Under the pieces are notes generated by a model that saw nothing but the letters and a program-made list of their open reading frames with translations, did not search any database and was not told the DNA's origin. Of a stretch of 64,000 nt of DNA, positions 38,304-51,199 are shown one piece after another. This DNA is from Sphyrna mokarran. Taxonomy: Eukaryota. The stretch is taken from the NCBI GenBank assembly GCA_024679065.1, contig JAGIQG010000030.1:9548001-9612000 (forward strand), in the 5' to 3' direction. Each line of letters starts with the position of its first letter. Positions within the stretch are counted from its first letter, which is position 1. Made by a program: the position numbers and the translations under genes.

Positions 38304-39789
38304 TACCAAATATTGATATAAATTTATTGAATACTGCACAATTGTCACCCTCAGTTAAAAGCTTTTCCATGGAAGTTTGAAAAGCTCAGTGAAAACAGAG
38401 ACACGAACATTAAAAAAAATATAGATTCCTCTAATGCATCTGATAAGGAGTGAAAAAGGTGCAGGAAGTTATTTTTTTCATGAAACTAATGACAATGAAA
38501 TCAATTTAAAAGGGAAAGAGATCGTCCTCGAGACTTAGTGTTAATTGTAACACAATAATTGCGCAATTGCAGATTAGGAGTGAATCTCTGAAGAAACCTG
38601 TTGATTAATTTTGTGTGTTTTTTAACAGAGGTAAGAATGTAAATGCCAAAAGCCACTGCAGTAAGAAAGGGAAGACATAGGCACAGCTCTTTTTGAAGAT
38701 GAAATGAAACTATTCATTCATTTCATCGATACTAATGAGCTCTGCCCTCTGAGATCATCAGTTGATTTGTACAGACTTGTGTGTGATGATTTTCAGGCAA
38801 ACTTTTCAAATGTGGAAACCATTCTGAAAATATTTTAACAATATGTGTCTGAAATGCTTCCAGTGAATATTCTTTTTCTGAATTGAAAATAGTTTAAGAT
38901 TATTTGCAAAGTACTATGAGTCAGGAACATTTCAGTAATATTGACAATTGAAAGTGCATCTTTACAAGATAATATTAACAATGATGTAATTGATGATTTT
39001 GTCAAGACATTGAGTAGAACTAAAATTTAAATCGTCTAATGAGGAACGAAGTAAGAAAATTTTAAGCATCTGCCCTACTTCCATATTCTCTTGTTTAAAT
39101 TCTGTTTTTCAAAATGGACCATTGCCAGGCTGATATAATGGCTGAAACAGGTCACAAGCTGCTAATTCTAACCACCATCATTCTCAAAACCGGCCTTCAG
39201 AAAACCTCGAGGACAAAGAATGAAATCCTGTCAGCCAAAGCCACCTTGACTCACCAGCCTCCACTCACATGAATTTATGGCAATAACTTCTTTTTATCTT
39301 GTAAGTGGAAGCAAGGAAGTTAATTTTTATTTTGTAAACTGAGTGAGACTGAAATCTACTGAATGGCAGCATATGTATCTCATCGATCGGTGTTTTTGCT
39401 TCTCCACTGGCTCATTCTGACAAAATCCTAATTGTGACGCATGAATCTTTTAAAATAAAGAGTTGCTAGGCAATGTTTTTATTAGCTGTACAAACCTGTG
39501 ATGTCATCAGTTGATTCTTCCAAATTGTTGCTTACGAGTAAGCTCCATGTTTGCTCACCTCAAAACTCACAACACAATACTGACTATCTTTCCTGTCATT
39601 CTGACAAAAGAGAAGCTTGGGTTTCAGCAGGATAATTATTCATACAAGCATGTTTTTACAAGTGAAAAGTCAGGGATCGATTTGTGAATTTTTGTGGCTT
39701 CCGCTTTTGCGTTCCATGGGGTGAGGTGATGATTAAGAGACAAGAAATGAAAGTGAGCATGGCGCTCTACTAACTAAATCCGCCACTGC

Positions 39790-40229
39790 TGGGAATCTGA
39801 AATAAAAACAGATGATGTTGCAAATGCACAACTGATCTATGATGACAACTCAAGCCAAAGGAAAAAAGAATGTTTTGAAGCATTATATTGGACTTAAAAT
39901 ATTAACTCTGTTTCTCTTTCCACTGAAGCTGCCAGATCTGCTGTGTTTTTCCAGTGCTTTCTGTTTTTATTTCAGAATTTGAGTATTTTGCTTTTATTCA
40001 ACGAGTGATCCTCAGTGCTTTTATACTTACAAAGCTGCTTAATATCTCTTAATAGTGTTGAAGTCATGTTTTGTCCTATTATGCTCCTGTAAAGCACCGT
40101 GGAACTGTTCAGCACTGTGGATCACTGGTTGAATAAAAGCAAAATATGGCAAATTCTGAAATAGAAAAAGAAAATGCTGGAAAAATTGAGCAGTTTAGCA
40201 GTATCGGTGGAGAGAGAAGCATAGTTAAT
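39790..40229. repeat. Probably Penelope-terminus-derived repeat pieces forming a long inverted repeat
   Basis: Arms 39901-40019 and 40111-40229 are reverse complements (ttaactctgtttctct..gctgccaga.ctgctg..tttccag...ttatttcaga); related piece at 8840-8935. Confidence 0.7.
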
Positions 40230-41921
40230 GGCCCTGATTTTACCAACACGGCTCGCAGAACAATAATGAAGGACAACTCAGACTGGTTGAAGCACAGGAT
40301 GCCATTTGGGCCTTCATGTGTACGCTGGCTCTCCAAAGTAGCAAACAGAAGTTTAGCATAAGGGATGACATTCAGTAAATCACAGTGAAATTCGGTAAAT
40401 CTTAGTGAAATATCTGGTTCGCTGTATACAAAACCCTGAGCCAGTATCAGATCATCCAAGAATAATTTTGCACCATTCCCCACAAATATGCTGTGCATTA
40501 ACAGGAGAGAAGTGTGTTTCTTCAGAAGGAACTCTTCAGATGTGGACAATAAAAATATAACAAAACGTACACCAACTTATAAATCAAAGAAAGAGTTTAA
40601 TAAAGAAACTTCATTACTCCAAACTTGGGGTTTTGCCCCAGACCAATCCAAGCTCCCCACAATTCCCAACAGGTTCTTATTTATAGTTTGTCAGCTGACC
40701 GTCACATCATTCTGTAATTGTTTCCATGGTTACTGGGTCAGCTGACTCATAGCTTCTTACCATTGGTCACATTACATCTGATACAAAGCTGTCACCCAAA
40801 TTTGTAACTGACTTTGTAAGCAAATATCAACATGATTTCTGGTTGGGAAACAGGCAGATTTGCATCTTTGGCATACAAACACTTGGATTTGTTTTGTATC
40901 AAACTATAACAAAGAATAGCACATTGACCATGTTGGTTCGAGATCTCCACCACCTCATAGTAACTATAAATGGGTAATAAATACTGTCCTTGCCAGACAT
41001 GCTCACAGCTGAGAATGAATTAAAAATATAATGGATTGCTTTGAAGTACAGCCATTGTTACATAGGCAAAAGCAGCAGCTGCTTTGCAGTCAGCAAAGTT
41101 CCCATAAATAACATTGAGATGACATTCCAGTACACCACAAAGAGAGTACAGCACATTTTAATATGCATTTTTTGGATGAAGTGTTAAACTGGAGGTTCAC
41201 TTACTCTATCAAATGGATGTGAAAGATCATGTGACATTATTCAAAGAGCAGGGGAATTGTCAACTTCACTAGAACAGATTAAGAAAAAGTAAAAGATTTG
41301 TATTTATATAGCATTTTATATGCCCACTGGACATTTGAAAGTACAGCCAAAGAAGTAATTTTCAGTGCAGAAATGTTGAGATAAACGATCAGTTGATTTG
41401 TTTTTGCTGGTGTTGGTTGAGAAAGACATGCTATGTTGCATTATGAAAGAAGATTCTACTTTTACAACTATAAAGTGGAATCTTTATTGACCATCCAAAT
41501 CAGTGGAATAAACATGTCTTGGTTTAAAACCTCATCTCTATTGAGCTAAAGTAACAGGCCTGAAAAAAATTACTTCTATCTTGAAGACCACCCAAAATAA
41601 TTGGAAGCTCCACTTTCCCAATTGTAGTTTTAGTTAGATTGGTTCAGCAATGAGACTTTTGCCTCCGAATCAAAATTCTGTGGGTCCAAGCACCAGTTTG
41701 GTAATTAAACATGCAATCTGGTCTGTCCTTTCTGCAGTAAAGACAGAGATGTAGACCTGGAATCCTTTGACTTTGCTTGCAATTGTCATTCTCCATCCTG
41801 CTGCAATGAATGGAACTTTGGCTGAGCACCAAGTTCTCCATTTTCACTGCCAATATTGAAGCAGCAAGACTAACGAATCCTGGTTGCAATCTTTTAGAAA
41901 AGGCTGATTGGGTGGAAATTT

Positions 41922-42195
41922 AAAGTTTATTTATTAGTGTCATAAGTAGGCTTACATTAACACTGCAATGAAACTAATGTGCAAATCTCCTAGCTGCCAC
42001 ACTCTAGTGCCTATTTGGGTGCAATGAAGGAGAATTTAGCATGGCCAATGCATCTAACCAGTACATGTTTCAGACTGTGAGAGTAAACCTGAGCACCCAG
42101 AGGAAACCCACGCAGAGAGTGACCCAAGCCAGGAATTAAACCCAGGCCCTTGGTACTGTGAGGCAGCAATGCTAACCGCTGTGCTCACCATGCCA
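41922..42195 (-). mobile_element. V-SINE with an alternative (non-CR1) tail
   Basis: tRNA-like head and V-domain; tail cattgcagtgttaatgtaagcctacttatgacactaataaataaacttt. Confidence 0.85.
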
Positions 42196-42634
42196 CACTA
42201 GTGGAAGTAAAGATTCCATCAGCACTCTTCAAAGAACAGATTATTATCCTCCTCAACATTTTTGCCTCAATAAAGAGCAGATTAACTGATTTCCCCATCT
42301 AATCTGCTCTTCATGGATGATTGATTTTTTTTCCTTTGCATAACAACCTTAATTGCACTTTGAAAAGCATTTCAAAGTTTGGTTAGGTGCTTTGAGGTGT
42401 TCTATAAAAATAGAAGTTATTTATTTTTCTTTGATAATTTGAGTGCAATATTACCAGCAATGTGAAAAAAGAAGATTAATTTTATGTGGAATCCTTCATA
42501 ACTCCAGGACATCGCAAATCACCTGAAAATCAACAAAGTACTGTTGAACCGGGTTCGCTATTATAATGGAGGAAAACCAGCAGCCAACGTGCCCATGGTA
42601 AAATCCCACAAATAGCAATGCTAATAAAGACATG

Positions 42635-43075
42635 GCTGCGTCAGCTATGATGCAGCTGATAGCACATTCACCTCTTGAGTCACAAGGTTCCGTACTCAAG
42701 TCCCGCTGCAGGAAAAATAAAATCTGATGCTGCAGTGCAGTACTGAGAGAGTGCTGTACTGTTGGGGGTTGCTGTCTTTTGTGTGAAATATCAAACTAAA
42801 TAAAAACCCCGATGGCATGCTGGGTGCTAGTAAAAAATCCCCATGATGCTACTCAAAATAAGAGCAGGAGAAATATCCCCAGGGCCCTGGCCAATCTCGA
42901 AACAGACAATCAGTTCATTATCAAATTGCTTTTTCTGGGTGAGAGTTTGCTGAGTCCAGGTTGGCTACTGCATTCCGTACATTGCAACAGTGACTACGCT
43001 GAAAACTACTTTGGCTGTAAAGTGCTTTCAGATGTCCAGTGATCATGTAAAGTGCTATATAAATACAAATCTTTT
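42635..43075 (+). mobile_element. Deu-domain SINE (SacSINE1-like)
   Basis: tRNA-like head, gcagtactgagagagtgctg, Deu-like gtaaaaaatccccatgatgctactcaaaataagagcaggag..cctggccaa, tail gctatataaatacaaatc. Confidence 0.7.
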
Positions 43076-43104
43076 ATTTTTTTCTTCATCTGTTTTAGTT
43101 AAAT

Positions 43105-43335
43105 TGGAGAGCTCCCCTGCTCTTTGAATAATGTCACAGGATCTTTTACGACCATCTGAGAGAACAAATGAACCTTCAGTTTAACATTTCATCCAAAAAA
43201 CGCACATTCATTAGTGCTGTATTCCCTTAGTTGCATATTGGAATGTCAGCCTGGATTATGTGATGAAACGTCTAATATGGGCCTCGAACCAACAATCTCC
43301 TGTCTCAAAGGCTATATTGCTACTACTGAGCCAAA
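43105..43335 (-). mobile_element. Deu-domain SINE fragment
   Basis: ctcccctgctctttgaataatgtcacaggatcttttac...ttcatccaaaa...actactgagcca. Confidence 0.65.
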
Positions 43336-43564
43336 GCAGAAATTCAAATCAAATAAATCATTATATTCAATGCTTTTTAATCTGTAACATTGTCAGCACA
43401 TCAGAGGAGGTATTAGAAATAGTTCTAATCTGTAAATTAATATTACTCTGAGATTAATTAAATCCAAAATGGTTAATGTTTATACCCATTGAAGTTGAAT
43501 CTGATGGTTTCATTTTGTCATTTAAATTAAATAAACAAATTATTTTTGCCCAATCTCTCCTGAA

Positions 43565-43940
43565 GATTTGATTTGATTTATTATTGTCACATGTATTAAT
43601 ACACAGTGAAAAGTATTGTTTGTTGTGCGCTATACAGACAAAACATACTGATCATAGAGAAAGAAAGGAGAGAGTGCAGATGTATTGTTACAGTCATAGC
43701 TAAGACGTAGAGAAAGATCAGCTTAAAGGTAAGTCAATTCAAAAGTCCAACAGCAGCAGGGAAGAAGCTGTTCTTGAGTCAGTTGGTACGTGACCTCAGA
43801 TTTTTGTATCTTTTTTGCTGAAGGAAGAAGGTGGAAGAGAGAACATCCAGAGTGCGTGGGGTCCTTTAGTTATGCTGGATGTTTTACCGAGGCAGCAGGA
43901 AGCGTAGACAGAGTCATGGATCAGAGGCTGACTTGTGAAG
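43565..43940 (-). mobile_element. Rex1/Babar 3' end
   Basis: gatttgatttgatttattattgtcacatg...gggaagaagctgttcttgag. Confidence 0.85.
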
Positions 43941-44002
43941 AGGTACAATTACAGATGTGATTCAACTACTTTGTCTGAAGGGCCATTCTTCTAGTGAAGT
44001 TT

Positions 44003-44291
44003 TAAAGTTTATTTATTGTTGTCACAAGTAGGCTTCTATTAAGACTCCAATGAAGTTATTATGAAAATCCTCTAGTCTGCACACTCCGACACCTATTCGG
44101 GTACACTGAGGAAGAATTTAGTATGGAATGCACCTCTCCAGCATGTCTTTCAGGCTGTGGGAGAAACCAGAGAAACTGGAGAAAACCCACACAGACACAG
44201 GGAGAACTTTCAGTCTTCACACAGATAGTGACCCAAGCTGAGAATTGAACGTGTGTGCAGTGAGACAGCATTGCTAACCACTTGCCACCCA
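44003..44291 (-). mobile_element. V-SINE, alternative tail
   Basis: Same architecture as 41922-42195. Confidence 0.85.
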
Positions 44292-45179
44292 ATAATTAGC
44301 AACAGTAGCTATCTAGGAGTAATGGAACAAAATAATAGTTGTATTTAACAGTAGATGGTATCTTAACTAATCCTGTCATCGTCCAGCCTCCAGAAACATT
44401 TTCCAGAAATGGTCACTGGTTAACATCAGGGAAAAAGGCTGTACTTGATTTTTGTTTCAATTGTACCACATAGTTGCTGAAATGAATTATATCATCCCAG
44501 TACTGAAAAATTCAGTTAACTCAGCACATAGTAGGATGGAATCTTAAACCTTCCAGGTCTGTCTGGCTCAGTACCACACTAGAACGTGCATTTATCATTA
44601 TGTTACAAAGGGAATTAGTTTATATTTATCAAAACAATTGTAGATTTGAAACCTCCTTGCAATAAATAGAGGTGATGTGTCATTCAAAGAGTATATTCAA
44701 GTTACATTTTATGTGAACTGAATATTAACTTTTAAAATTACACAACACACAAAGCAACATACGCACATGAATATCCAGTTTGGCAGCCTTTTAAACTATT
44801 GCTTTTGGTGCCAACATTTTGTAAAAGCCTTAATTGTCTAATGTTTGCTGCAACATCCAATTGTTGAAGATTAATGCCATTATTTCAAAAGAATGAAAAT
44901 GTTGACCGCTGTTTACTGTCACTTCATAACAAGCAACAAGACAGACTGATTCCGGAACTTATCAACTGCTATTTGGCCACATAATGCAGTTAAGAAAAAT
45001 GTGTTGAACTGCTTGAATAGGCTGGCCATAATGGTAAATCCACATGTTTAATTTATGGTGCACATGACAGGCCTAGTTTGGCAATCTCCCAATGAACTGA
45101 ATCTGAATAATTCACTTCCTGCATTATTTGGTAGTTTGCATTTCACAAAACTACAGACTCCTGATTCGTATTTGAGTGT

Positions 45180-45472
45180 AGGGTGGCACAATGATTATCA
45201 TTGATGCCTCACAGTGCCAGGGACTCTATTTTGATTCCAGGCTTGGGTCACTGTCTGGGAGAATTTGCACATTTACCCCATGTCAGTGTGAGCTTCCTCG
45301 GGGTGCTCTGGTTTCCTTGCACAGTCCAAAGATGTGCAGGTTAGGTGGATTGCTAAATTGCCCTAGGATAAATGCGTGGGGTTATGGAACAAGGACCTGG
45401 GTGGGATTGTGGTCGATGCAGACGCAATGGGCCAAATGACCTCCTTCTGTGCTGTAGGATTCTATGATTCTC
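45180..45472 (+). mobile_element. HE1-like V-SINE with CR1 tail
   Basis: gggtggcacaatg..gcctcacagtgccagggac..ttcctcggggtgctctggtttccttgcacagtccaaagatgtgcagg..ctgtaggattctatgattc. Confidence 0.88.
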
Positions 45473-46189
45473 ATTATTTCCAACAGAAGATTTGTGGTTG
45501 ACATACTGGGGACCGTAAAATTCATTGGGCATTGATGAAGAAGCTCAGGTGAGAATGAAAGCCTCAAACCTCTGCTGGGTTAGAGTTGATGCAAGAAGAA
45601 GCATCATGTTTTTGTGGTGAAGAAGTATGAGCATTTCAAGGGATTATCATAAGCAAGTAGCCCCAACATGGAACAAGATGTGAACTTTTAAGCTGAGATC
45701 TGTGTTGAATGATAGTGTTGCCATTCTTTGGTTTCAGTATGAACATGTGGCTTGGAGGAAAACCAAATTTGTATCTGAGGCATAAAATATCTGCAAGGAG
45801 CTGAACAGAATGGTTGCATCCTTGATAATGGCTTTACATTTAAAACGTTCAGTTTATACAGAAATTACTGAAAATCTGTACTCAGTGGAGCAAGATTACC
45901 TGGGGATGATGGATGGCCATGCACTCGAAGAACAATTTTCAGGGAAAGACGTAACATTCACAGCAAGCCTTATTTTCTGCCTTGTGCTTGTTACATATGG
46001 CTACACACCAGTTGGGACTGATTCCAACCAGCAACGTTTCTGCTATGTTGGATAGTGCTATCAATTGATAAGGACAAGGTCCATAATGTTGAAGAAGCCT
46101 GATGTAACTGTATGTAAACAGTTGCACAAACCAAAAATAATGGAGGTGATTGTCCCAAAAACATTTTAAGTACTGAATTTGCATGAACG

Positions 46190-46300
46190 TAAGAACATAA
46201 AAAATAGAAGCAGGAATAGGCCATCTAGCCCTTCAAGCCTGCCTCGCCATTCAACAAATTAATGGTTGATCTGAAATGGATAAGTTCCACTTTCCCTGAC
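46190..46300 (-). mobile_element. CR1 3' tail
   Basis: taagaacataaaaaatagaagcaggaataggccatctagcccttcaagcctg. Confidence 0.75.
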
Positions 46301-46304
46301 AACT

Positions 46305-47105
46305 GGAGTAAATTACACCTTTTTTTCAGTGGAAATTTCAAAATGAATCTCCCACACTCAGTGAACTGCAGAGTGCCCTAGTGAGATTCATGCTGAAAAT
46401 CAGTGGGCAGGGCCTATTCCTACTGGAGAGGCCGGCAGCATGACCCTGAATGCCAAGATTGGCGCATGTGCAGTGACCCTTTCTGCTGGCCTCCGGAACA
46501 CTGGCCAACTCAGTGACTCCTGCATTGTCATGCGACCTCCCCAAGGCCTGACTGCTGACCCTTATGACCATGTTCGGGCCCAACTATGATTCCTCTCCCC
46601 CCCACCAACAGTATCCACTCCCTGCAGTGCCAACACCACCCCCCCCACCCCGCAGTGCCCTTCCCCCAACCCCGGAAGGAGGGAAGCCTCCCTCCTTCCC
46701 TCATTTACTCTGTCTGCAGAGTGGCAGCAGGATCCCCCACCACCACTGATCACCTCACCAGGCCTTTCCCCCATATGCTACGCCCCTTTGGCACTGCCCC
46801 ATCACCAGTGGGCAGTGGTAAGGTGCCCCTGTGCATTGGCACTTTGCCACTTGGACAGTCCTAGGGGGAACTGGCTGGCACTGCCAAAGTGCCAATGCCC
46901 CAGGGGGCATCTCTCACCACTGCCATCTGACTCTATGGGGAGGCCCCAATTGCTGACCTTCCATTCCAGCAGAGTTGGGCCACTGAAAGTGAGGAGGAGC
47001 TCTAAACCCTGCTGGACTGAACCACTCATAGCGTTGGGGGGGAGCCTAGCAGGCCTGGATATTTCAGTTCTGAGCCTGCTAATCATATTTAACTTATATT
47101 AAAAT
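46305..47105. repeat. GC-rich non-coding block, probably a non-autonomous DNA transposon
   Basis: Abrupt GC rise with internal inverted motifs (gcattggcactttg / caaagtgccaatgc; ggcactgcc repeats); no coherent ORF; ends not resolved. Confidence 0.4.
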
Positions 47106-48647
47106 CCCCACTGCCACACTAGAGAGGGTCTACAATACTGAGGCTGCGTTGATGACAAGGGCACGAGGCATCTCTCAATACCAAGACTTAGAAGAAGAAT
47201 TTTGGTCCCAGTGAAAACAGTTTCAAAGAAAGCTGAAAAGCTTGTAGATTGTAGCACGAAAGGAAAGCTGACACAGGCCCTAAGTTTCAATTTTGAAGTC
47301 CTGTGAAACAATGGTTTATATAAAAATGAGTCTTGAATTCCACACAGTGAGTATCTAGAGAGTAAGAAGCTTCATGTTTAGATTAGAGCGCATGAGCAAA
47401 TGCTCCTAGGAGCAATTACCATAAAAAAGCATTGAGAAAATATAAAAAGGCTGCAAATAGAAGCTGAGGGATAGCAGTATACAACATACTCAACAGACAA
47501 CAAATCTTGTGCTGTTTGCCAAGCTGAAAAGGTCACCCATTTTGTTGAATAAATGGAGGAGAAACAGAATGGTTATTGATACCTATGCTCACTTTTGAGC
47601 ACTGAACATTGACAATTATTTTATAGAAAAGGCACCACATTTTCTTCCATTGCCTGAAGTTACAGCATCATTGAAACCTGTCATGTATAATCAATTGCTG
47701 AGATTTTAATGAGGCTCAATGTTAACCTTTGCACTGCAGAAACACCTGCCTCAGGTGATAAGGGTGACAAAGATTCAAAGGAACTACTGCTTCCTGCTTA
47801 TGTTCCACTCGCCTCTTCACTGCGTGAGGTAGCCCACAACAGGAAAGTATGTATTTATTTCAATAAAGCTGATGAACATGGCTGTTCAGGACTGTGCACC
47901 TGCAACTCAGCTTAATCCATTTTTCTTGTACATACTGTGCTGCAGAAGCTTGCTGCTTTCAATGTTTACACCAGCCTTGTTGAATATGTATGCATATGTC
48001 ACTTGGGAGGAAACTGCCATTTGCAGTAATAAAAATTAAAGAAGGCTGAGGGACTTTTTTTAGACAACAGTGTCTGTTTATTACTTTATTGTTCACTTTT
48101 GAGTGATTATTATTATCCCAGGGTTTTTACCCCTCTCAATTTCAGCATCTTTTCCGGCTCTACAATGCTCTTTCCTTGCACATTCTGGCTTCCTGTGCAG
48201 CCCTGATTTCATCATTCCATCTTGGAGTTATGTCTTCAGCTGTCCCAAAGCTCAAGAATTCCTTCTGTAAAACCTTCCATCCCTCTATCTCTCTGAAGCT
48301 ATTCCTTAAAAACCAATTTGATTGTGATTTTGGTCACCTGTCCTAATATCCCATATGGTGCAGCATAAAATTTAATTTTTATAACTTTCCTATGAAGTGC
48401 ATTGAGACCATTTATTAAATGCATTACACAAATGCAAGATGTTGCTACTACCAGAATAAAGACCAAATTAGTGCAGCAGACTGGGAGATTTCAGTGGGGC
48501 TGGATTAACGAGATCTGTGCTGGGCACCTGGCCCCTAGCTATAATCCTAGGGCCAAATTTCTGGCACTGTCAGCTCTACGCTGGAAATAGGAGATATATT
48601 AGGTATGCAATTGCCTCTCCCTCACTATAGTTTCATTACACCATTTA

Positions 48648-48925
48648 GAGTTTATTTATTTATTCGTGTCACAAGTAGGTTTACATTAATACTACAATGA
48701 AGCTACTGTGAAAATCCCCAAGTCACCACCTGTCGAGTACACTGAGGGAGAATTTGGCATGGCCAATGCATCAAACCAGTATGCCTTTTGGACTGTGGAA
48801 GGAGCATGTGGAAGAAACCTACGTAGACACAGGCAGAACGTGCAGATTCCATGTTGATGACGCAAGCCAGAAATCGAACCTGGGTCCCCAGAACTGTGAG
48901 GCAGCAGTGCTAACCACTTGCCACT
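48648..48925 (-). mobile_element. V-SINE, alternative tail
   Basis: Same architecture as 41922-42195. Confidence 0.85.
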
Positions 48926-49209
48926 ATTTGGATTCATTTTTAAATTTTATTTTGCAATGGAAGAATCATCAGAAAGATAGGTTGATAGGGTTAAATGAAG
49001 AAGTTTAGGAGGAGGCTCTTATTAGGAGAATAAATGCTAGCATCTATCTGCCAGCTAGGAAATGGTCCAAAGTTCGATTCCAAAAAGCCAATTGATGAAG
49101 TATACTCAAACTACATTAATTCACTAAGAGTAACACAGTCGGCTTTGGTAAGTGTCTCTTTACAACAATTTCATAAACACCATTAGGCCACATGGTTGTT
49201 GCTCCTCTT

Positions 49210-50560
49210 TAATAAAACAATAATAAATAAATTAATCAAAAATATCAGGAGTGACTGCCCCGATGGGGCACTGTGACAAAAAGATATCGAAACATTAAAG
49301 GCAACTTGCAAAATCAAATCAGAATAAAACCAAAGTGTCATTACTGGAGGAGATGATTCTTCCCAGTTCCCACAGTGCCCCAGCAGAAGGCCTGAAGCTT
49401 ACTGGTGGACACTGCGTACTTCTTCTCCAAGGAAGGCTGGCAGTTGAAGGGCAGACAGTTGGGTTGGACAACCCCTCAAGAGTCCACTGGACCTGTTAGT
49501 GGCCAACCTGGCTAGGAGCAGGCTTATGAGGAGGTTTCCTGTCATGCTTGGTCCCCTCCACACCATTTAACCGAAGATTAGGAGAATGGAGCTGCATTAG
49601 AATCAGATCTTGGGTGGCAGCCCCTAGAAATAGCCAAACCTCAGATATTCTACATAAACATAGAACATGTCTCCCTTCAGCAGCAGAAAAAGCACACAGC
49701 TAGGAGTCTGTAAACCATCTTAACCTATGATTGCATGGTACAGCTGCATGCAACATCCTTCACGCCAGGTCCCCAATGGAAAAAGGGAAGACTCCATGTA
49801 GAGAACCTGCCAAAGGTGACCTTCCCCCACTGTCAGGCAGTAGAATACCAAGATGTGTCTTGATAATTAAAGTAGGAAAGGACATGGAGGGTTGCAGGCT
49901 ACACAGGAAAGCCCACTGCGCTGAATGGGAAGGTATGGAAGGAATTTCCACAAGATGGCTCAAATTGTGGGGTTGCAACTCCTAAGGAAGGTATCTGGGC
50001 ACCGAACTAATGTGGAATTTCTTCCAAATTTGATCTGCCTCTGCTGTTTTCAGGTTGTGGGTGGCTTTGGCCACGAGCAGGGCACTAATAGATACATGCC
50101 TGGCTAGTTCTCGTAGTCATGATTAGAGATGCCAGTGTTGGATATCCACTATCCAGCATGTCCCTGAGTCTGGTTACCCTAGTGGCCTGAGGCCTCTCGT
50201 CTACCAACCATCAAAATCCATATTGATGAAGGTGTGAATTCTTGAGCAGCGGCTCTCTGAAGATAGTCACTACTCCTGATGGGAGGGAGCTCCTGCATGA
50301 GATGAATGTATTCCAGACCCTGATCAATTCCACTGAGAAAACAAGCAACTTCTACAAAAAGGCATGGAGACTTGCCAGGTCAACAATCAGGAGCTGTGGG
50401 TCACAGTTGAGGCCGTGCACCTGGGGGAAGAAATGCATTGTCAGGGCACTCTATCAATGATGGGGTTTAATGCAAAGGCATCCTGCAGGGTCTGGAGCTG
50501 GAAATTTGTCACCTAAGTGCAAAGGCACACCGGCCACTGACCGCCCTCCCTAACCAGGAG
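49210..50560 (-). mobile_element. Highly degenerate Tx1-like ORF2 C-terminus and 3' end
   Basis: Minus-strand remnants FSVELIRVW, IFREPLLKN, SSILLIFG, LLISLLLARLA occur in the same order as in the Tx1 at 10577-12490. Confidence 0.6.
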
Positions 50561-51199
50561 ATGCAGATTCTCACCAGTGACCCCATGCATCCTCTTGTTC
50601 CAGATAACGTCATTGACCTGCCTCTGTATTTGCGCCTCTTTATATATGTTCAAGTGAAACCACAGTAAATGCCCTCCATCTGAATACAATTAAGCAAGAT
50701 TAATGTACAATTATCAATTGGGTCCTGTGGCTCATTGCAGCAGAATCTCCAATACACCTGAACTCTTGGGTTTCCAGACTGCACATTTTTCTTGCTCAGA
50801 ATCCTTTAGCATTGGACATCTCTTTGCTGCACTGAATAGTTAACCTTTCAATGTCTGATTGGCCAATAGGCCAGAACAGTTAGATTAAGTTGGTTTATTA
50901 AAGATTTCCATTATTACTGCAATGAAGTTGCTATGAAATTCCTTTAGTCACCATACTCCAGTGCCTGTTCGGGTCAATGCACCTAACTGATTGGATGATC
51001 AGAGATTCCACAATTGCATTAAGTTTGAATGCACAATTGTTCACCGTGGTGGGTGTGTCCAATGTAGTTAAAAAAATTTGATGGAATTTTACATTGTCAC
51101 TCAAACAAGACCAGAAATTTCCATCCAAGATCAATGGAGATTTCCGTCTTCAGATCCTCACCTGCTCCTGTTGTGTGGCAGGAAAGTTCAGTAAGAGTC

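Larger units (their letters stand above)
35140..39030 (+). pseudogene. Fossil hAT transposase (ZMYM1/DUF4371-like), split by CR1 and SINE insertions
   Basis: Broken frames: GNFLACLEYLNEFD, IDSAPDVNHVD*L..ILRY..ERYL, CHGQSFDDAINMAEEYSGLEARL, FIPCFRHSLSL, LWNCLLQRINTVSK. C-terminal FSNVETILKIF..NASSEYSFSELK...LQSTMSQE matches the hAT dimerization domain. Confidence 0.85.

Noticed and set aside
35140-39030. Possible ZMYM1/ZBED-type host gene
   Set aside because: Many stops and frameshifts plus nested retroelements indicate a dead transposon
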